DNA of 64,000 nt from Spirochaetia bacterium (GCA_965203905.1 CBDBDQ010000005.1:1440001-1504000), one strand, 5' to 3'. Shown: positions 47,061 through 56,696, counted from the stretch's first letter. Notes: generated by a model from the letters alone, not told the origin. Numbers and translations are program-made.

Positions 47061-48059
47061 CTATAGATAGCCGCCGGCTCGTGGCACCAGGCGGCTGCGG
47101 AGCGTATCGACGATGCGTTCTCCGTGCCCGCGGCAGTGCTCGATGAACACGCTGCCGGCCACGTTTCCGGCCAGCATCCCGCCACACACGAACAGGCCCG
47201 GCACCGCGGTCTCGAAGGTCGCCGGGTCATGCTCGGGCACGTCGCTGTGCGGGTCGCTGGCCACCCCGAGCTGGCGCAGCAGGGTAACCGTGGGGCGGTA
47301 GCCGACCTGGAACAGCACGGCGTCGTTGGGCAGCCGTTCGCGGCCGGCCGCACCGCGCAGCACGATAGCGTCCGGCTCCACGCGTTCGACGCTGGTATCG
47401 AACCGGGCGCCGACGCTGCCATCCGCGATCCGGTTCTCGATCTCGGGACGGACCCAGTACTTGACCGCCGGTCGCAGTTCCGCGGCGCGGTGAATGAGGG
47501 TCACGCGGGCGCCGGCCCGCAGCAGGTCCAGGGCGGTCTCGGCGGCGGAGTTGCCCCCGCCCACCACCGCGACGCGCCGGCCGTAGTAGGGGTGGCCGTC
47601 GTGGAAGTAGTGGCTGCACTTGGGAAGATCCTCGCCGGGGATGCCGAGGCGGCGCGGCGTGTCGAAGAACCCGGTGGCCACCACCAGGGCCGCGCAATGC
47701 GCGCTCCGCTCGGCGCCGCGGTGTTCCACGGAGAGGGTGAAGCCGGTCCGGTGGCGGCGCACCGCGCTGACGGTGTGCCCGGTGCGCACCGGCAGCGCGT
47801 AGTGCTCGGCGACGGCGCGGTAGTAGGCGACGGCTTGGCGCCGGCTCGGCTTCTGGTCGGGGCAGGTGAACGGCAGGCCGCCGATGGCCAGCTTCTCAGG
47901 GGTGGAGAAGAAGGTCATGTCGGTGGGGAAGTGGTATATGCTGTTGACCACCGTGCCCTTCTCGAGGACGACGTGATCCAGTCCGGCGCGGCAAGCGGCG
48001 ATGGAGCAGGCCAGTCCGGCGGGACCGGCGCCAACGATGATCAACTGGCGAGAATTCAT
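47061..48059 (-). CDS. YpdA family (bacillithiol-type) disulfide reductase
   Basis: GAGPAG, VVNSIYHFPTDMTFFST, HYFHDGHPY, GGGNSA, VKYWVRPEIENRI. Confidence 0.88.
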   Translation of the reverse strand: MNSRQLIIVGAGPAGLACSIAACRAGLDHVVLEKGTVVNSIYHFPTDMTFFSTPEKLAIGGLPFTCPDQKPSRRQAVAYYRAVAEHYALPVRTGHTVSAVRRHRTGFTLSVEHRGAERSAHCAALVVATGFFDTPRRLGIPGEDLPKCSHYFHDGHPYYGRRVAVVGGGNSAAETALDLLRAGARVTLIHRAAELRPAVKYWVRPEIENRIADGSVGARFDTSVERVEPDAIVLRGAAGRERLPNDAVLFQVGYRPTVTLLRQLGVASDPHSDVPEHDPATFETAVPGLFVCGGMLAGNVAGSVFIEHCRGHGERIVDTLRSRLVPRAGGYL

Positions 48060-48981
48060 GGTGCCTGAGGCGGGGGCGGGGGCGGGCGCAGCATACCAGT
48101 CCGCCGCCGGCGGCGGCAACACGCAGCCGCCGTTGGACACCACCGCCGTGGAGCGGTTCCGTGGTCGCGTCTATGCCCACTACCGCCGGCACCGGCGGCC
48201 GCTGGCGTGGCGCGCCACCCGCGACCCGTACGCCATCCTGGTCTCCGAGGTGATGCTGCAGCAGACCCAGGTGGCGCGGGTGGTCCGCTACTACCCGCGG
48301 TTTCTGGCCCGTTTTCCGGATCCCGCGACGCTGGCGCGGGCGCCGTTGCGCGCGGTGCTGGACCAGTGGAGCGGGCTCGGTTACAACCGCCGCGCGCTGG
48401 CCCTGCAGCGAGCCGCGCAGGCGCTCGTGCGCGACCATGGCGGCAGCATCCCGGCCGACCGCGAAGCGCTGCGGCGGCTGCCCGGAGTCGGCCCGGCCAC
48501 CGCCGGCGCCCTGCTGGCATTCGCCTTCGAACGGCCGGTGGTGTTCATCGAGACCAACATCCGGCGCGTCTACCTGGAGCAGTTCTTTCCCAGCGCCACG
48601 ACGGTGCCGGACCGCGCGCTGCTGCCGCTGGTGGCCTGCACCCTCGACCGCGCGCACCCGCGGCGCTGGTACTATGCGCTGATGGACTACGGCGCCGCCC
48701 TCGGCCGGCGCGGCTCCAATCCGAACCGGCGCAGCGCCCACTATACCCGGCAGAGTGCCTTCGCCGGCTCCACCCGCCAGCTCCGCGGCCAGGTGCTGCG
48801 GCTGCTCACCGAGCGCCGTTGCCTGAGCAGCGCAGAGCTCGGCCGGAGGTGCGCCGCCGGCGGGCTCCCCGGCGCCACCGGCGCGCGCCTGGCCGCCGTC
48901 GTCGACGCCCTGGTGGCGGAGCGGTTCCTGCAGCGCCGCGGCACGCTGGTATGCATCGCCGAGGAGATTTTCGAGGACTGA
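48058..48981 (+). CDS. mutY: MutY-like HhH-GPD DNA glycosylase without Fe-S cysteines
   Basis: PYAILVSEVMLQQTQV, WSGLGYNRRA, LPGVGPATA, IETNIRRV, ALMDYG. Start uncertain (48058 or TTG 48133). Confidence 0.85.
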   Translation: MVPEAGAGAGAAYQSAAGGGNTQPPLDTTAVERFRGRVYAHYRRHRRPLAWRATRDPYAILVSEVMLQQTQVARVVRYYPRFLARFPDPATLARAPLRAVLDQWSGLGYNRRALALQRAAQALVRDHGGSIPADREALRRLPGVGPATAGALLAFAFERPVVFIETNIRRVYLEQFFPSATTVPDRALLPLVACTLDRAHPRRWYYALMDYGAALGRRGSNPNRRSAHYTRQSAFAGSTRQLRGQVLRLLTERRCLSSAELGRRCAAGGLPGATGARLAAVVDALVAERFLQRRGTLVCIAEEIFED

Positions 48982-49032
48982 CCGGACGGTGGATTGGTTT
49001 CGAACTCGCTCGTCGCGCTCGCCGAGGGAGGG

Positions 49033-49061
49033 TTGCCTGCCGATGATACAAGTGATACTGT
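49033..49061 (+). promoter_or_regulatory. Sigma-70 promoter with internal TGATAC direct repeat
   Basis: TTGCCT-N17-TACTGT with TGn extension; TGATAC at 49044 and 49053. Confidence 0.55.
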
Positions 49062-49138
49062 TGTAGGCCCGCGTGCATGGCGCTGGTCGGCTCCGGTTGG
49101 CCGCCGCCGAGGCGGGAGCAATCGGGGAGGGGTCGACC

Positions 49139-49375
49139 ATGGCGGGGGGGCGCTCGTTCGGCGCTATCAACCTCAGACAGGTGCCGTTGAGTCTGCGCGA
49201 GCAGTTTCGCGCCCTGTGCGCACTGCGCGGCACCACCATGACCCGGCGCCTGATCGAGCTGATCGAAGCGGACGTCGAGCGCGCCCGCGAACGGGGCGAG
49301 TACCTGCCGGCGATCACGCGGACGTTGGACGAGGAAGTCCGCACTTCCGGCCAGGGACAGCTCTGGCCGGACTAG
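49139..49375 (+). CDS. Small ribbon-helix-helix-like protein
   Basis: RBS GGAGG; AINLRQVPLSLREQFRALCALRGTTMTRRLIELIE fits the beta-alpha-G-T-alpha RHH pattern. Confidence 0.7.
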   Translation: MAGGRSFGAINLRQVPLSLREQFRALCALRGTTMTRRLIELIEADVERARERGEYLPAITRTLDEEVRTSGQGQLWPD

Positions 49376-49398
49376 TATAAATTTCGGGGAGGGAGCAC

Positions 49399-52299
49399 AT
49401 GAGCCTGATGGTCATCAAGCGGACCGGCGAGGTGGTCGACTTCGACCGCGAGCGCATCCGCGTAGCGATCGCCAAGGCGATCCGCGCCACCGCGCCACGT
49501 GACCAGTGGGACTCCCTGGAAAACGGCACCCTCAGCGGCGTGGTGGCCGCCGTGACCGACGAGATCGACTCTCGCTTCATCGAGCTCTACCCCAACGTCG
49601 AGAACATCCAGGACATCGTCGAGAAACACCTGGTCAAGAACGGCCTGTACGAGATCGCCAAGGCGTACATCCTGTATCGCGCCGAGCGCCAGCAGGCGCG
49701 CGAACAGCGCCGGGAGCGGGTGGCGCGCGAGTCCCTGCTCGGGCGCCTCACCGTGCAGACGCGCGACGGCCGCAAGGTGCTGTTCGACATCGCCAAGCTC
49801 ACCCGCAGCATCAGCCGCGCCGCCGCCGGCGAGAGCGGCGCCGGCGCTGCCAGCCTGGAGGCGGCGGTGGCCGTGGAGGAGGTGGCGCGCGAGACCATCC
49901 GCAACATCTACGACGGCATCTCCGCGACCGAGATAGAGAAGGCGCTGCTGCTGGCCTGCGCCTCGTTCATCGAGCGCGACCCCGCCTACAGCCAGCTCGC
50001 GGCGCGCCTGTTCCTGCAGCGCATCTACAAGGAGGTGATCGGCTCCCCGTTGCACCGCGAGCGGCTCGACGCCGACTACCGCCGGGCATTCCGCGACGGC
50101 CTGCAGCGCGGGGTGGACGCCGGAACCTTCGATCGCCGCCTGCTCGACTTCGACCTGGAGCGGCTGGCCGCCGCGTTGCGCCCGGAACGGGACGACCTGC
50201 TGCGGTACATGGGCGTGCAGACCCTGCACGAACGCTACTTCACCCGCGTGGAGGGTGCGGTGGTGGAGACCCCGCAGGCGTTCTGGATGCGCGCGGCCAT
50301 GGGGGTGGCGCTGGCCGAGGAGCAGCGCGACGAGCAGGCGATCCGTTTCTACGAGCTGATCTCCAGCCTGCGCTTCGTGCCTTCCACGCCCACCCTGTTC
50401 CACGCCGGCACCAGCCGCCCGCAGCTCAGCTCCTGCTACCTGACCACCATCGACGATGACCTCACCAGCATCTTCAAGGCGTTGAGCGACAACGCCCAGC
50501 TCTCCAAGTGGTCCGGCGGCCTGGGCAACGACTGGAGCAACATCCGCGCCACCGGCGCCACCATCCACAGCACCGGCGTGGAGAGCCAGGGGGTGGTGCC
50601 GTTTCTGAAGATCGCCAGCGACGTCACCCTGGCCATCAACCGCAGCGGCAAGCGCCGCGGCGCCACCTGCGCCTACCTGGAGACCTGGCATCTGGACCTC
50701 GAGGACTTCCTCGACCTGCGCCGCAACACCGGCGACGAGCGGCGCCGCACCCACGACATGAACACCGCCAACTGGATTCCGGACCTGTTCATGAAGCGGG
50801 TGCTGGCGGACCAGGAGTGGACGCTGTTCTCACCCGACGAGACGCCCGACCTGCACGCGCTCTACGGACGCCGCTTCGAGGAACGCTACTGCCACTACGA
50901 GGCGCTGGCCCGGGACGGCAAGCTGCAGCGGCACCGCGTGGTGCCGGCGCTCAAGCTGTGGCGCAAGATGCTCAGCATGCTGTTCGAGACCGGGCACCCC
51001 TGGATCACCTTCAAGGATCCGTGCAACATCCGCAGCCCGCAGGATCACGTCGGCGTGGTGCACAGCTCCAACCTGTGCACCGAGATCACCCTCAACACCT
51101 CGGCCGAGGAGACCGCGGTGTGCAACCTGGGCTCGGTCAACCTGGAGAAACACGTCGGCGCGGAAGGCATCGACCGCGAGCTCCTGGCGGACACCGTGAG
51201 CGTGGCGATGCGCATGCTGGACAACGTGGTGGACATCAACTTCTACCCGACGCCGGAAGCCAAGCGCTCCAACCTGCGCCACCGCCCGGTCGGGCTGGGG
51301 ATCATGGGATTGCAGGATGCGCTGTTCAAGCTCGACCTGGCGTTCGAGGACCCCGCCGCCCTCACCGCCGTCGACCGCGTCATGGAGCTGATCTCCTACC
51401 ACGCGATTCTGGCCTCGTCCCGGCTCGCCGCCGAGCGCGGGCCCTACAGCAGCTACGCCGGCTCCAAGTGGGAGCGTGGCCTGCTCCCCCACGACACCCT
51501 GCAACTCCTGGAGGAGGAGCGCGGCATGGCGCTGGAGGTGGAACACGGCGGGGAACTCGACTGGGAGCCGGTGCGCGCCCACATCGCCCGCCACGGCATG
51601 CGCAACTCCAACACCATGGCGGTCGCCCCCACGGCGACCATCTCCAACATCGCCGGCTGCTTTCCGAGCTTCGAGCCGCCCTACAAGAACATCTACGTGA
51701 AGAGCAACATCAGCGGCGAGTTCACCGTCATCAATCCCTACCTGGTGGCGGACCTGCGCCGGGCGGGCAGATGGAGCCGGGAGCTCGCCGACGAGTTGAA
51801 GTATCACGACGGCAGCCTGCAGCAGATGCGGCAGCTGCCCGAGCACCTGCGGCGCAAGTACAAGGTGGCGTTCGAGATCGACCCGATGTGGTACCTCCGG
51901 CTGGCAGCCGCGCGCGGCAAGTGGATCGACCAGAGCCAATCCCTCAACGTGTTCATGCAGGGCACCTCGGGCCGCCTGCTGAGCGACATCTACCAGTACG
52001 CGTGGAAGCTCGGCCTGAAGACCACCTACTACCTGCGCACCATGGCGGCATCACAGGTGGAGAAGGCCACCCTCGGTGCCGCCTACGGCTTCACCCAGCG
52101 CCGCGCCAGCGCCGCGGCCGCTTCCGCCGCCGGTGACGCCGCGGCTCCCGCCGCTACCGGTGTGCAGGAGGCGACTCTCGCCAACGGCAGTGCAGCCCCC
52201 CACCCGCGGGTCCCCGCCGCGGAGCCGGCCCTCGGGGCAGCCGCCGTGGCAACGCGCGCGGTGTGCACCGACGACGAGTCCTGCGAGGTGTGCCAGTAA
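49399..52299 (+). CDS. nrdA: Class I ribonucleotide reductase alpha subunit with two ATP-cones
   Basis: VIKRTG and VQTRDG cones, LSSCY, SNLCTEI, CNLGS, KTTYY, C-terminal CEVCQ. Confidence 0.96.
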   Translation: MSLMVIKRTGEVVDFDRERIRVAIAKAIRATAPRDQWDSLENGTLSGVVAAVTDEIDSRFIELYPNVENIQDIVEKHLVKNGLYEIAKAYILYRAERQQAREQRRERVARESLLGRLTVQTRDGRKVLFDIAKLTRSISRAAAGESGAGAASLEAAVAVEEVARETIRNIYDGISATEIEKALLLACASFIERDPAYSQLAARLFLQRIYKEVIGSPLHRERLDADYRRAFRDGLQRGVDAGTFDRRLLDFDLERLAAALRPERDDLLRYMGVQTLHERYFTRVEGAVVETPQAFWMRAAMGVALAEEQRDEQAIRFYELISSLRFVPSTPTLFHAGTSRPQLSSCYLTTIDDDLTSIFKALSDNAQLSKWSGGLGNDWSNIRATGATIHSTGVESQGVVPFLKIASDVTLAINRSGKRRGATCAYLETWHLDLEDFLDLRRNTGDERRRTHDMNTANWIPDLFMKRVLADQEWTLFSPDETPDLHALYGRRFEERYCHYEALARDGKLQRHRVVPALKLWRKMLSMLFETGHPWITFKDPCNIRSPQDHVGVVHSSNLCTEITLNTSAEETAVCNLGSVNLEKHVGAEGIDRELLADTVSVAMRMLDNVVDINFYPTPEAKRSNLRHRPVGLGIMGLQDALFKLDLAFEDPAALTAVDRVMELISYHAILASSRLAAERGPYSSYAGSKWERGLLPHDTLQLLEEERGMALEVEHGGELDWEPVRAHIARHGMRNSNTMAVAPTATISNIAGCFPSFEPPYKNIYVKSNISGEFTVINPYLVADLRRAGRWSRELADELKYHDGSLQQMRQLPEHLRRKYKVAFEIDPMWYLRLAAARGKWIDQSQSLNVFMQGTSGRLLSDIYQYAWKLGLKTTYYLRTMAASQVEKATLGAAYGFTQRRASAAAASAAGDAAAPAATGVQEATLANGSAAPHPRVPAAEPALGAAAVATRAVCTDDESCEVCQ

Positions 52300-52301
52300 C
52301 C

Positions 52302-53297
52302 GTGGCCATCATCAGCGCCGCCGCCACCGATCCCAACAAGATCCTGCCGCTGACCTACCCGTGGGCGCGCCAGTACTACAAGGACGGCGTGGCCAACAAC
52401 TGGGTGCCGGAAGAGGTCTCGATGCAGAAGGACGTGGAGCAGTGGAAGTCGGCGCACGTGCTCAGCGAGACCGAGCGGCGCCTGATCCTGTGGAACCTCG
52501 GGTTCTTCTCCACCGCCGAGTCGCTGACCGCCAACAACATCGTGCTGGCGGTGTATCGCCACGTGACCAACCCCGAGTGCCGCCAGTACCTGCTGCGCCA
52601 GGCGTTCGAGGAGGCGATCCACACCGATACCTTCATCTACTGCTGCGACTCCCTCGGCCTCGATCCGGACGAGATCTACACCATGTATCACACCATCCCG
52701 AGCATCCGCGAGAAGGACGGCTTCGTGATCGACCTCACGCACTCGATCTTCGATCCCGGGTTCACCACCAGCGGCACCGCCAACGTGCAGCGCTTCCTGC
52801 GCGACCTGATCGGCTACTACGTGATCATGGAGGGCATCTTCTTCTACGCCGGGTTCGCCATGATGCTGGCACTCAAACGGCAGGGGAAGATGGTCGGCAT
52901 CGGCGAACAGTTCGAGTTCATCATGCGCGACGAGAGCGTGCACCTGGCGTTCGGCTGCGACCTGATCAACACCATCAGGCAGGAGTATCCGGCGGCCTGG
53001 ACCGATGAGCTGCAGGCGGAGACCATCCGCCTGGTGCGGCGCGGGGTCGACTTCGAGCAGGCCTACGCCAGCGACGCCTGCCCCGACGGCCTGCTGGGCA
53101 TCAACGCCGCGCAGTTCGCCAACTACGTGGAGTACATCGCCGACCGCAGGCTGGAGCGAATCGGCCTGCCGCGCCAGTACGACACGGACAACCCGTTCCC
53201 CTGGATGGGACAGACCATGGACCTGAACAAGGAAAAGAACTTCTTCGAGACCAGAGTCACCGAGTACCAGACCGCCGGCTCCCTGGACTGGGATTGA
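52302..53297 (+). CDS. nrdB: Ribonucleotide reductase beta subunit, class Ic (R2c) signature
   Basis: FFSTAESL, EEAIHTDTF, MEGIFFY, RDESVH, NFFETRVTEY. Confidence 0.94.
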   Translation: MAIISAAATDPNKILPLTYPWARQYYKDGVANNWVPEEVSMQKDVEQWKSAHVLSETERRLILWNLGFFSTAESLTANNIVLAVYRHVTNPECRQYLLRQAFEEAIHTDTFIYCCDSLGLDPDEIYTMYHTIPSIREKDGFVIDLTHSIFDPGFTTSGTANVQRFLRDLIGYYVIMEGIFFYAGFAMMLALKRQGKMVGIGEQFEFIMRDESVHLAFGCDLINTIRQEYPAAWTDELQAETIRLVRRGVDFEQAYASDACPDGLLGINAAQFANYVEYIADRRLERIGLPRQYDTDNPFPWMGQTMDLNKEKNFFETRVTEYQTAGSLDWD

Positions 53298-53299
53298 GC

Positions 53300-54262
53300 A
53301 TGCGCGCGATCCAGGTTACCAGCCACGGCGGTCCCGAGGTGCTCGGCACGACCGACCTACCCTTGCCCGAGCCGGGCTCAGGCGATGTCCGGATCAGACT
53401 CCAGGCTGCCGGCGTCAACTTCATCGACATCTACCAGCGCTCCGGCCTGTACCCCATCGAGCCGCCGTTCACTCCCGGCATGGAGGGTGCCGGCGTGGTG
53501 GACGCGGTTGGTGGCGATGTCACCGAGGTCGCCGCCGGGGCGCGGGTGGCGTACGCCATGACCGTCGGCTCCTACGCCGAGTACGCCATCGTGCCCGCCG
53601 CCGCGGTGGTGGAACTGCCGGACACCGTCTCCACCCGACTCGGGGCGGCGGTGTTCCTGCAGGGGCTCACCGCGCACTACCTGGCGGTGAGCACGGTGCC
53701 GCTGCAGCCCGGCAGCACGGCGCTGGTGCACGCCGCCGCCGGCGGCGTCGGGCGGCTGCTGGTGCAGGTCGCCAAGCGCCGCGGGGCCACCGTGCTGGCG
53801 ACCGTGTCCAGCGCCGAAAAAGCCGCCATGGTGCGCGCGCTCGGCGCCGACCAGGTGCTGGACTACGCCGACTTTGCCGCCGCGGCACGGCGCGCAACCG
53901 GCGGTGCCGGCGTCGACGTGGTCTACGATTCGGTCGGCAGCGCCACCTTCGACGGCTCGCTGGAGGCGCTGCGCCGGCGTGGCCACCTGGTGAGCTACGG
54001 CCAGTCCAGCGGTCCGGTCACCGACTTCCAGCCGGCCAGGCTGTCGCAGGCCGGTTCGCTCTACCTGACCAGACCGACGCTGGCCGACTACATCGCCGAC
54101 CGCGACGAGCTGTTGGCGCGCAGCCGCGAACTGTTCGCGTGGATGGCGGCCGGCGAGCTGGACGTGCTGGTTCACCGCGAGTACCCGCTGGCCGAGGCGG
54201 CCGCCGCGCATCGGGCGCTGGCCAGCCGGGCCACCACCGGCAAGCTGCTGCTCATACCGTAA
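53300..54262 (+). CDS. qor: NADPH:quinone oxidoreductase (zeta-crystallin/Qor)
   Basis: GVNFIDIYQRSG, HAAAGGVG, YDSVG, GSLYLTRP, GKLLL. Confidence 0.92.
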   Translation: MRAIQVTSHGGPEVLGTTDLPLPEPGSGDVRIRLQAAGVNFIDIYQRSGLYPIEPPFTPGMEGAGVVDAVGGDVTEVAAGARVAYAMTVGSYAEYAIVPAAAVVELPDTVSTRLGAAVFLQGLTAHYLAVSTVPLQPGSTALVHAAAGGVGRLLVQVAKRRGATVLATVSSAEKAAMVRALGADQVLDYADFAAAARRATGGAGVDVVYDSVGSATFDGSLEALRRRGHLVSYGQSSGPVTDFQPARLSQAGSLYLTRPTLADYIADRDELLARSRELFAWMAAGELDVLVHREYPLAEAAAAHRALASRATTGKLLLIP

Positions 54263-54402
54263 CCCCGCAGCGGGCCGGGAACGCCGGCGCCTGGAGCCGG
54301 CCGTAGCAACTGGCTGTTTGAAGATTCACCACGGCCACTCCGTGACCCGGAAGACCATGAACTGCGTATGGGGCAGTGCACGGTGGCCGCTGATTTCGTT
54401 AG

Positions 54403-54487
54403 TGCTGCGGAAAGGACTTGAACCTTCACGGGCAAAACGCCCACTAGCCCCTCAAGCTAGCGTGTCTACCAATTCCACCACCGCAGC
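54403..54487 (-). tRNA. tRNA-Leu (anticodon GAG)
   Basis: GCTGCGG acceptor pairs with CCGCAGC; GGAATTGGTAGAC D-arm; CTAGC-TTGAGGG-GCTAG anticodon arm; long variable arm; GGTTCAAGTCC; CCA not encoded. Confidence 0.96.
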
Positions 54488-54576
54488 GGGACCCTCACGG
54501 TGGCCCATTGCCGCCGTTCCTGTCAATGGTCCGCTTGCAGCACGGCGGCGCATCCGGTACGTTTCCGTCTTTCCCC

Positions 54577-55530
54577 ATGGATCACACCGCGCATCTACTC
54601 GGACGCTCACTGCTCACGCTGAGCGACTTTTCCGCATCCGACATCCGCCTGCTGCTGGACCTCGCCCGCCAGGCCAAGGCCGACCGCCGCGCCGGCCGCG
54701 TTCAGCAACGGTTCCGCGGCCGCTCGCTGGCGCTGCTGTACGAGAAGCCCTCGACCCGTACCCGCTGCGCGTTCGACACCGCGTTCGGCGAAGAGGGCGG
54801 CCACCCGGTGTTTCTCACCGGCCAGGAGATCCACCTCGGCGAGAAGGAGTCCCTGGAGGACACGGCCCGGGTTCTGGGCAGGATGTTCGACGCCATCCAG
54901 TTCCGCGGCTTTCAGCAACAGACGGTGGAGGTGCTCGCCAGCTATTCCGGCGTGCCGGTCTACAACGGTCTCACCGACACCCGCCATCCGACCCAGGTGC
55001 TCGCCGATCTGCTCACCCTGGAGGAACACCACGGAACGCTCGCCGGCTTGAAGCTGGCGTACGTCGGCGACTGTCGCAACAACATCGCGAGCTCGCTGAT
55101 GATCGGCTGTGCCCTGATGGGCCTGCAGTTCGTGGCCGTCGGGCCGCACGAGCTGGCGCCCGCCGCCGACCTGATGCAGCAGTGCCGGGACTACGCCGCG
55201 GGCAGCGGCGGCAGCGTCGTTAGCGGGGCCGATCCCGAGCTGGTAGCCGGGGCCGACGCGCTCTACACCGACGTCTGGGTGTCGATGGGCGAAGAGGCGA
55301 AGGCAGCGGAGCGGCTGCGCCTGCTGCGCCCCTACCAGGTCGACCGCGCCCTGCTGGCGCGCACCGGAAACGACGCCTGCCGGTTCATGCACGACCTGCC
55401 GGCGGTCAAGGGCAACGAGGTGACCGAGGAGGTGTTCGAAGGTCCTGCCTCGGTGGTATGGGACCAGGCCGAGAACCGCAAGCACACGGCCAAGGCGGTG
55501 CTGCTGGCCACCCTGGCGCTGGCCGCATGA
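54577..55530 (+). CDS. argF: Ornithine carbamoyltransferase
   Basis: STRTR, HPTQ, DVWVSMG, QAENR; HDLP replaces HCLP. Confidence 0.9.
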   Translation: MDHTAHLLGRSLLTLSDFSASDIRLLLDLARQAKADRRAGRVQQRFRGRSLALLYEKPSTRTRCAFDTAFGEEGGHPVFLTGQEIHLGEKESLEDTARVLGRMFDAIQFRGFQQQTVEVLASYSGVPVYNGLTDTRHPTQVLADLLTLEEHHGTLAGLKLAYVGDCRNNIASSLMIGCALMGLQFVAVGPHELAPAADLMQQCRDYAAGSGGSVVSGADPELVAGADALYTDVWVSMGEEAKAAERLRLLRPYQVDRALLARTGNDACRFMHDLPAVKGNEVTEEVFEGPASVVWDQAENRKHTAKAVLLATLALAA

Positions 55531-56696
55531 GCGGCTGTCTGGACCGCGTGCCGCCGGCGCTCCGAGCCGCCGGGCTGGAGGGGTGGCTGTTCTACAACAT
55601 CTACCATCGCGACCACGTGGCCGATGCCATCCTCGGCGTCGCGCCGGAGACCATGAACACCCGTCCCTGGGCCTGCCTGGTGCGTGCCGACGGCACGGTG
55701 CAGCGCATCGTTCATGCGATCGAGGCACAGGTGCTCGACCAGGTGCCGGGGCCGGTGGCGCGCTACGCATCGCGTGACGAGTTCCTGCAACGGCTGCGCG
55801 CCGCCTGCCGCAGCCGCCGGCCGCTGGCCCTGAACTATTCCGCAACCATCCCCGCCCTGTCGCTGGTGGATCACGGCCTGGCCTCGCTGCTGCAGCAGCT
55901 CGCCATTCCCACGGTGTCGGCGGAGATCCTGATTCAGCGCGTGCTCGGCGTGTTGGACCGTGCGGCGCGCGCCAGTCACGACCGTGCCGCCACGGCGCTG
56001 CGGGCGATCGTGGCAGCGACCTGGCAGCGGCTGGCGCAGCACCTGCGCAGCGCCACCCCGGTGAGCGAAGGGATGGTCCGCGACTGGATCGGCGACGGCT
56101 TCCGGGAGCATGGCCTGGTGACCGAGGAGCCGCCGCTGGTGGCAGCCGGCGCCAACAGCAGCGATCCTCATTACCAGCCGGCCGGCGCCGGCGCCCCGAT
56201 CGCGCCGCGGCAACTGGTGCAGTTCGACCTGTGGGCCAAGGAACCCGCTCCCGGCGCGGTCTACGCCGATATCTCATGGGTGGCCTACACCGGTAGCGCG
56301 CTGCCGGCGGAGATCGCGGCCACCTTCGGCGCCGTGTGCGCCGCCCGCGACGGCGCCGTGGCGCTGATTCGCGAGCGCCTGCGCCGGGCGGCCCCGGTCA
56401 GCGGTGCCGAGGTGGACCGCCACGCCCGCACCATCCTGCAGCAGCAGGGATTGCTCGCCCACGTCCGGCACCGCACCGGCCATGCCATCGATACGCGGCT
56501 GCACGGCATCGGCGTCAATCTCGACGCGGTCGAGTTCCCCGATCCGCGCCCGCTCCTGGACGGCTCCTGCTTCTCCATCGAGCCCGGGGTGTACCGCCGG
56601 GAGTACGGCATGCGCAGCGAGATCAATGCCTACGTCCAGGACGCCGAGCTGGTGATCTCCGGGGGCGCCCCGCAACGGGCACTGCTGCTCCCATGA
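55527..56696 (+). CDS. M24 (Xaa-Pro) metallopeptidase
   Basis: DPHY, DLWAK, YADISW, HRTGH, FSIEPGVY, RSE. Confidence 0.9.
   Translation: MSGCLDRVPPALRAAGLEGWLFYNIYHRDHVADAILGVAPETMNTRPWACLVRADGTVQRIVHAIEAQVLDQVPGPVARYASRDEFLQRLRAACRSRRPLALNYSATIPALSLVDHGLASLLQQLAIPTVSAEILIQRVLGVLDRAARASHDRAATALRAIVAATWQRLAQHLRSATPVSEGMVRDWIGDGFREHGLVTEEPPLVAAGANSSDPHYQPAGAGAPIAPRQLVQFDLWAKEPAPGAVYADISWVAYTGSALPAEIAATFGAVCAARDGAVALIRERLRRAAPVSGAEVDRHARTILQQQGLLAHVRHRTGHAIDTRLHGIGVNLDAVEFPDPRPLLDGSCFSIEPGVYRREYGMRSEINAYVQDAELVISGGAPQRALLLP

Noticed and set aside
48057-48060. ypdA and mutY sharing one CATG as overlapping divergent starts
   Set aside because: The mutY N-terminal extension is low-complexity and contains a minus-strand TGGTATGCT -10 for ypdA, so mutY more likely starts at 48133 or later.
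54262-54487. tRNA-Leu as an integration site for an island
   Set aside because: No integrase and no duplicated tRNA 3' end seen in the window; the flanks are housekeeping genes.
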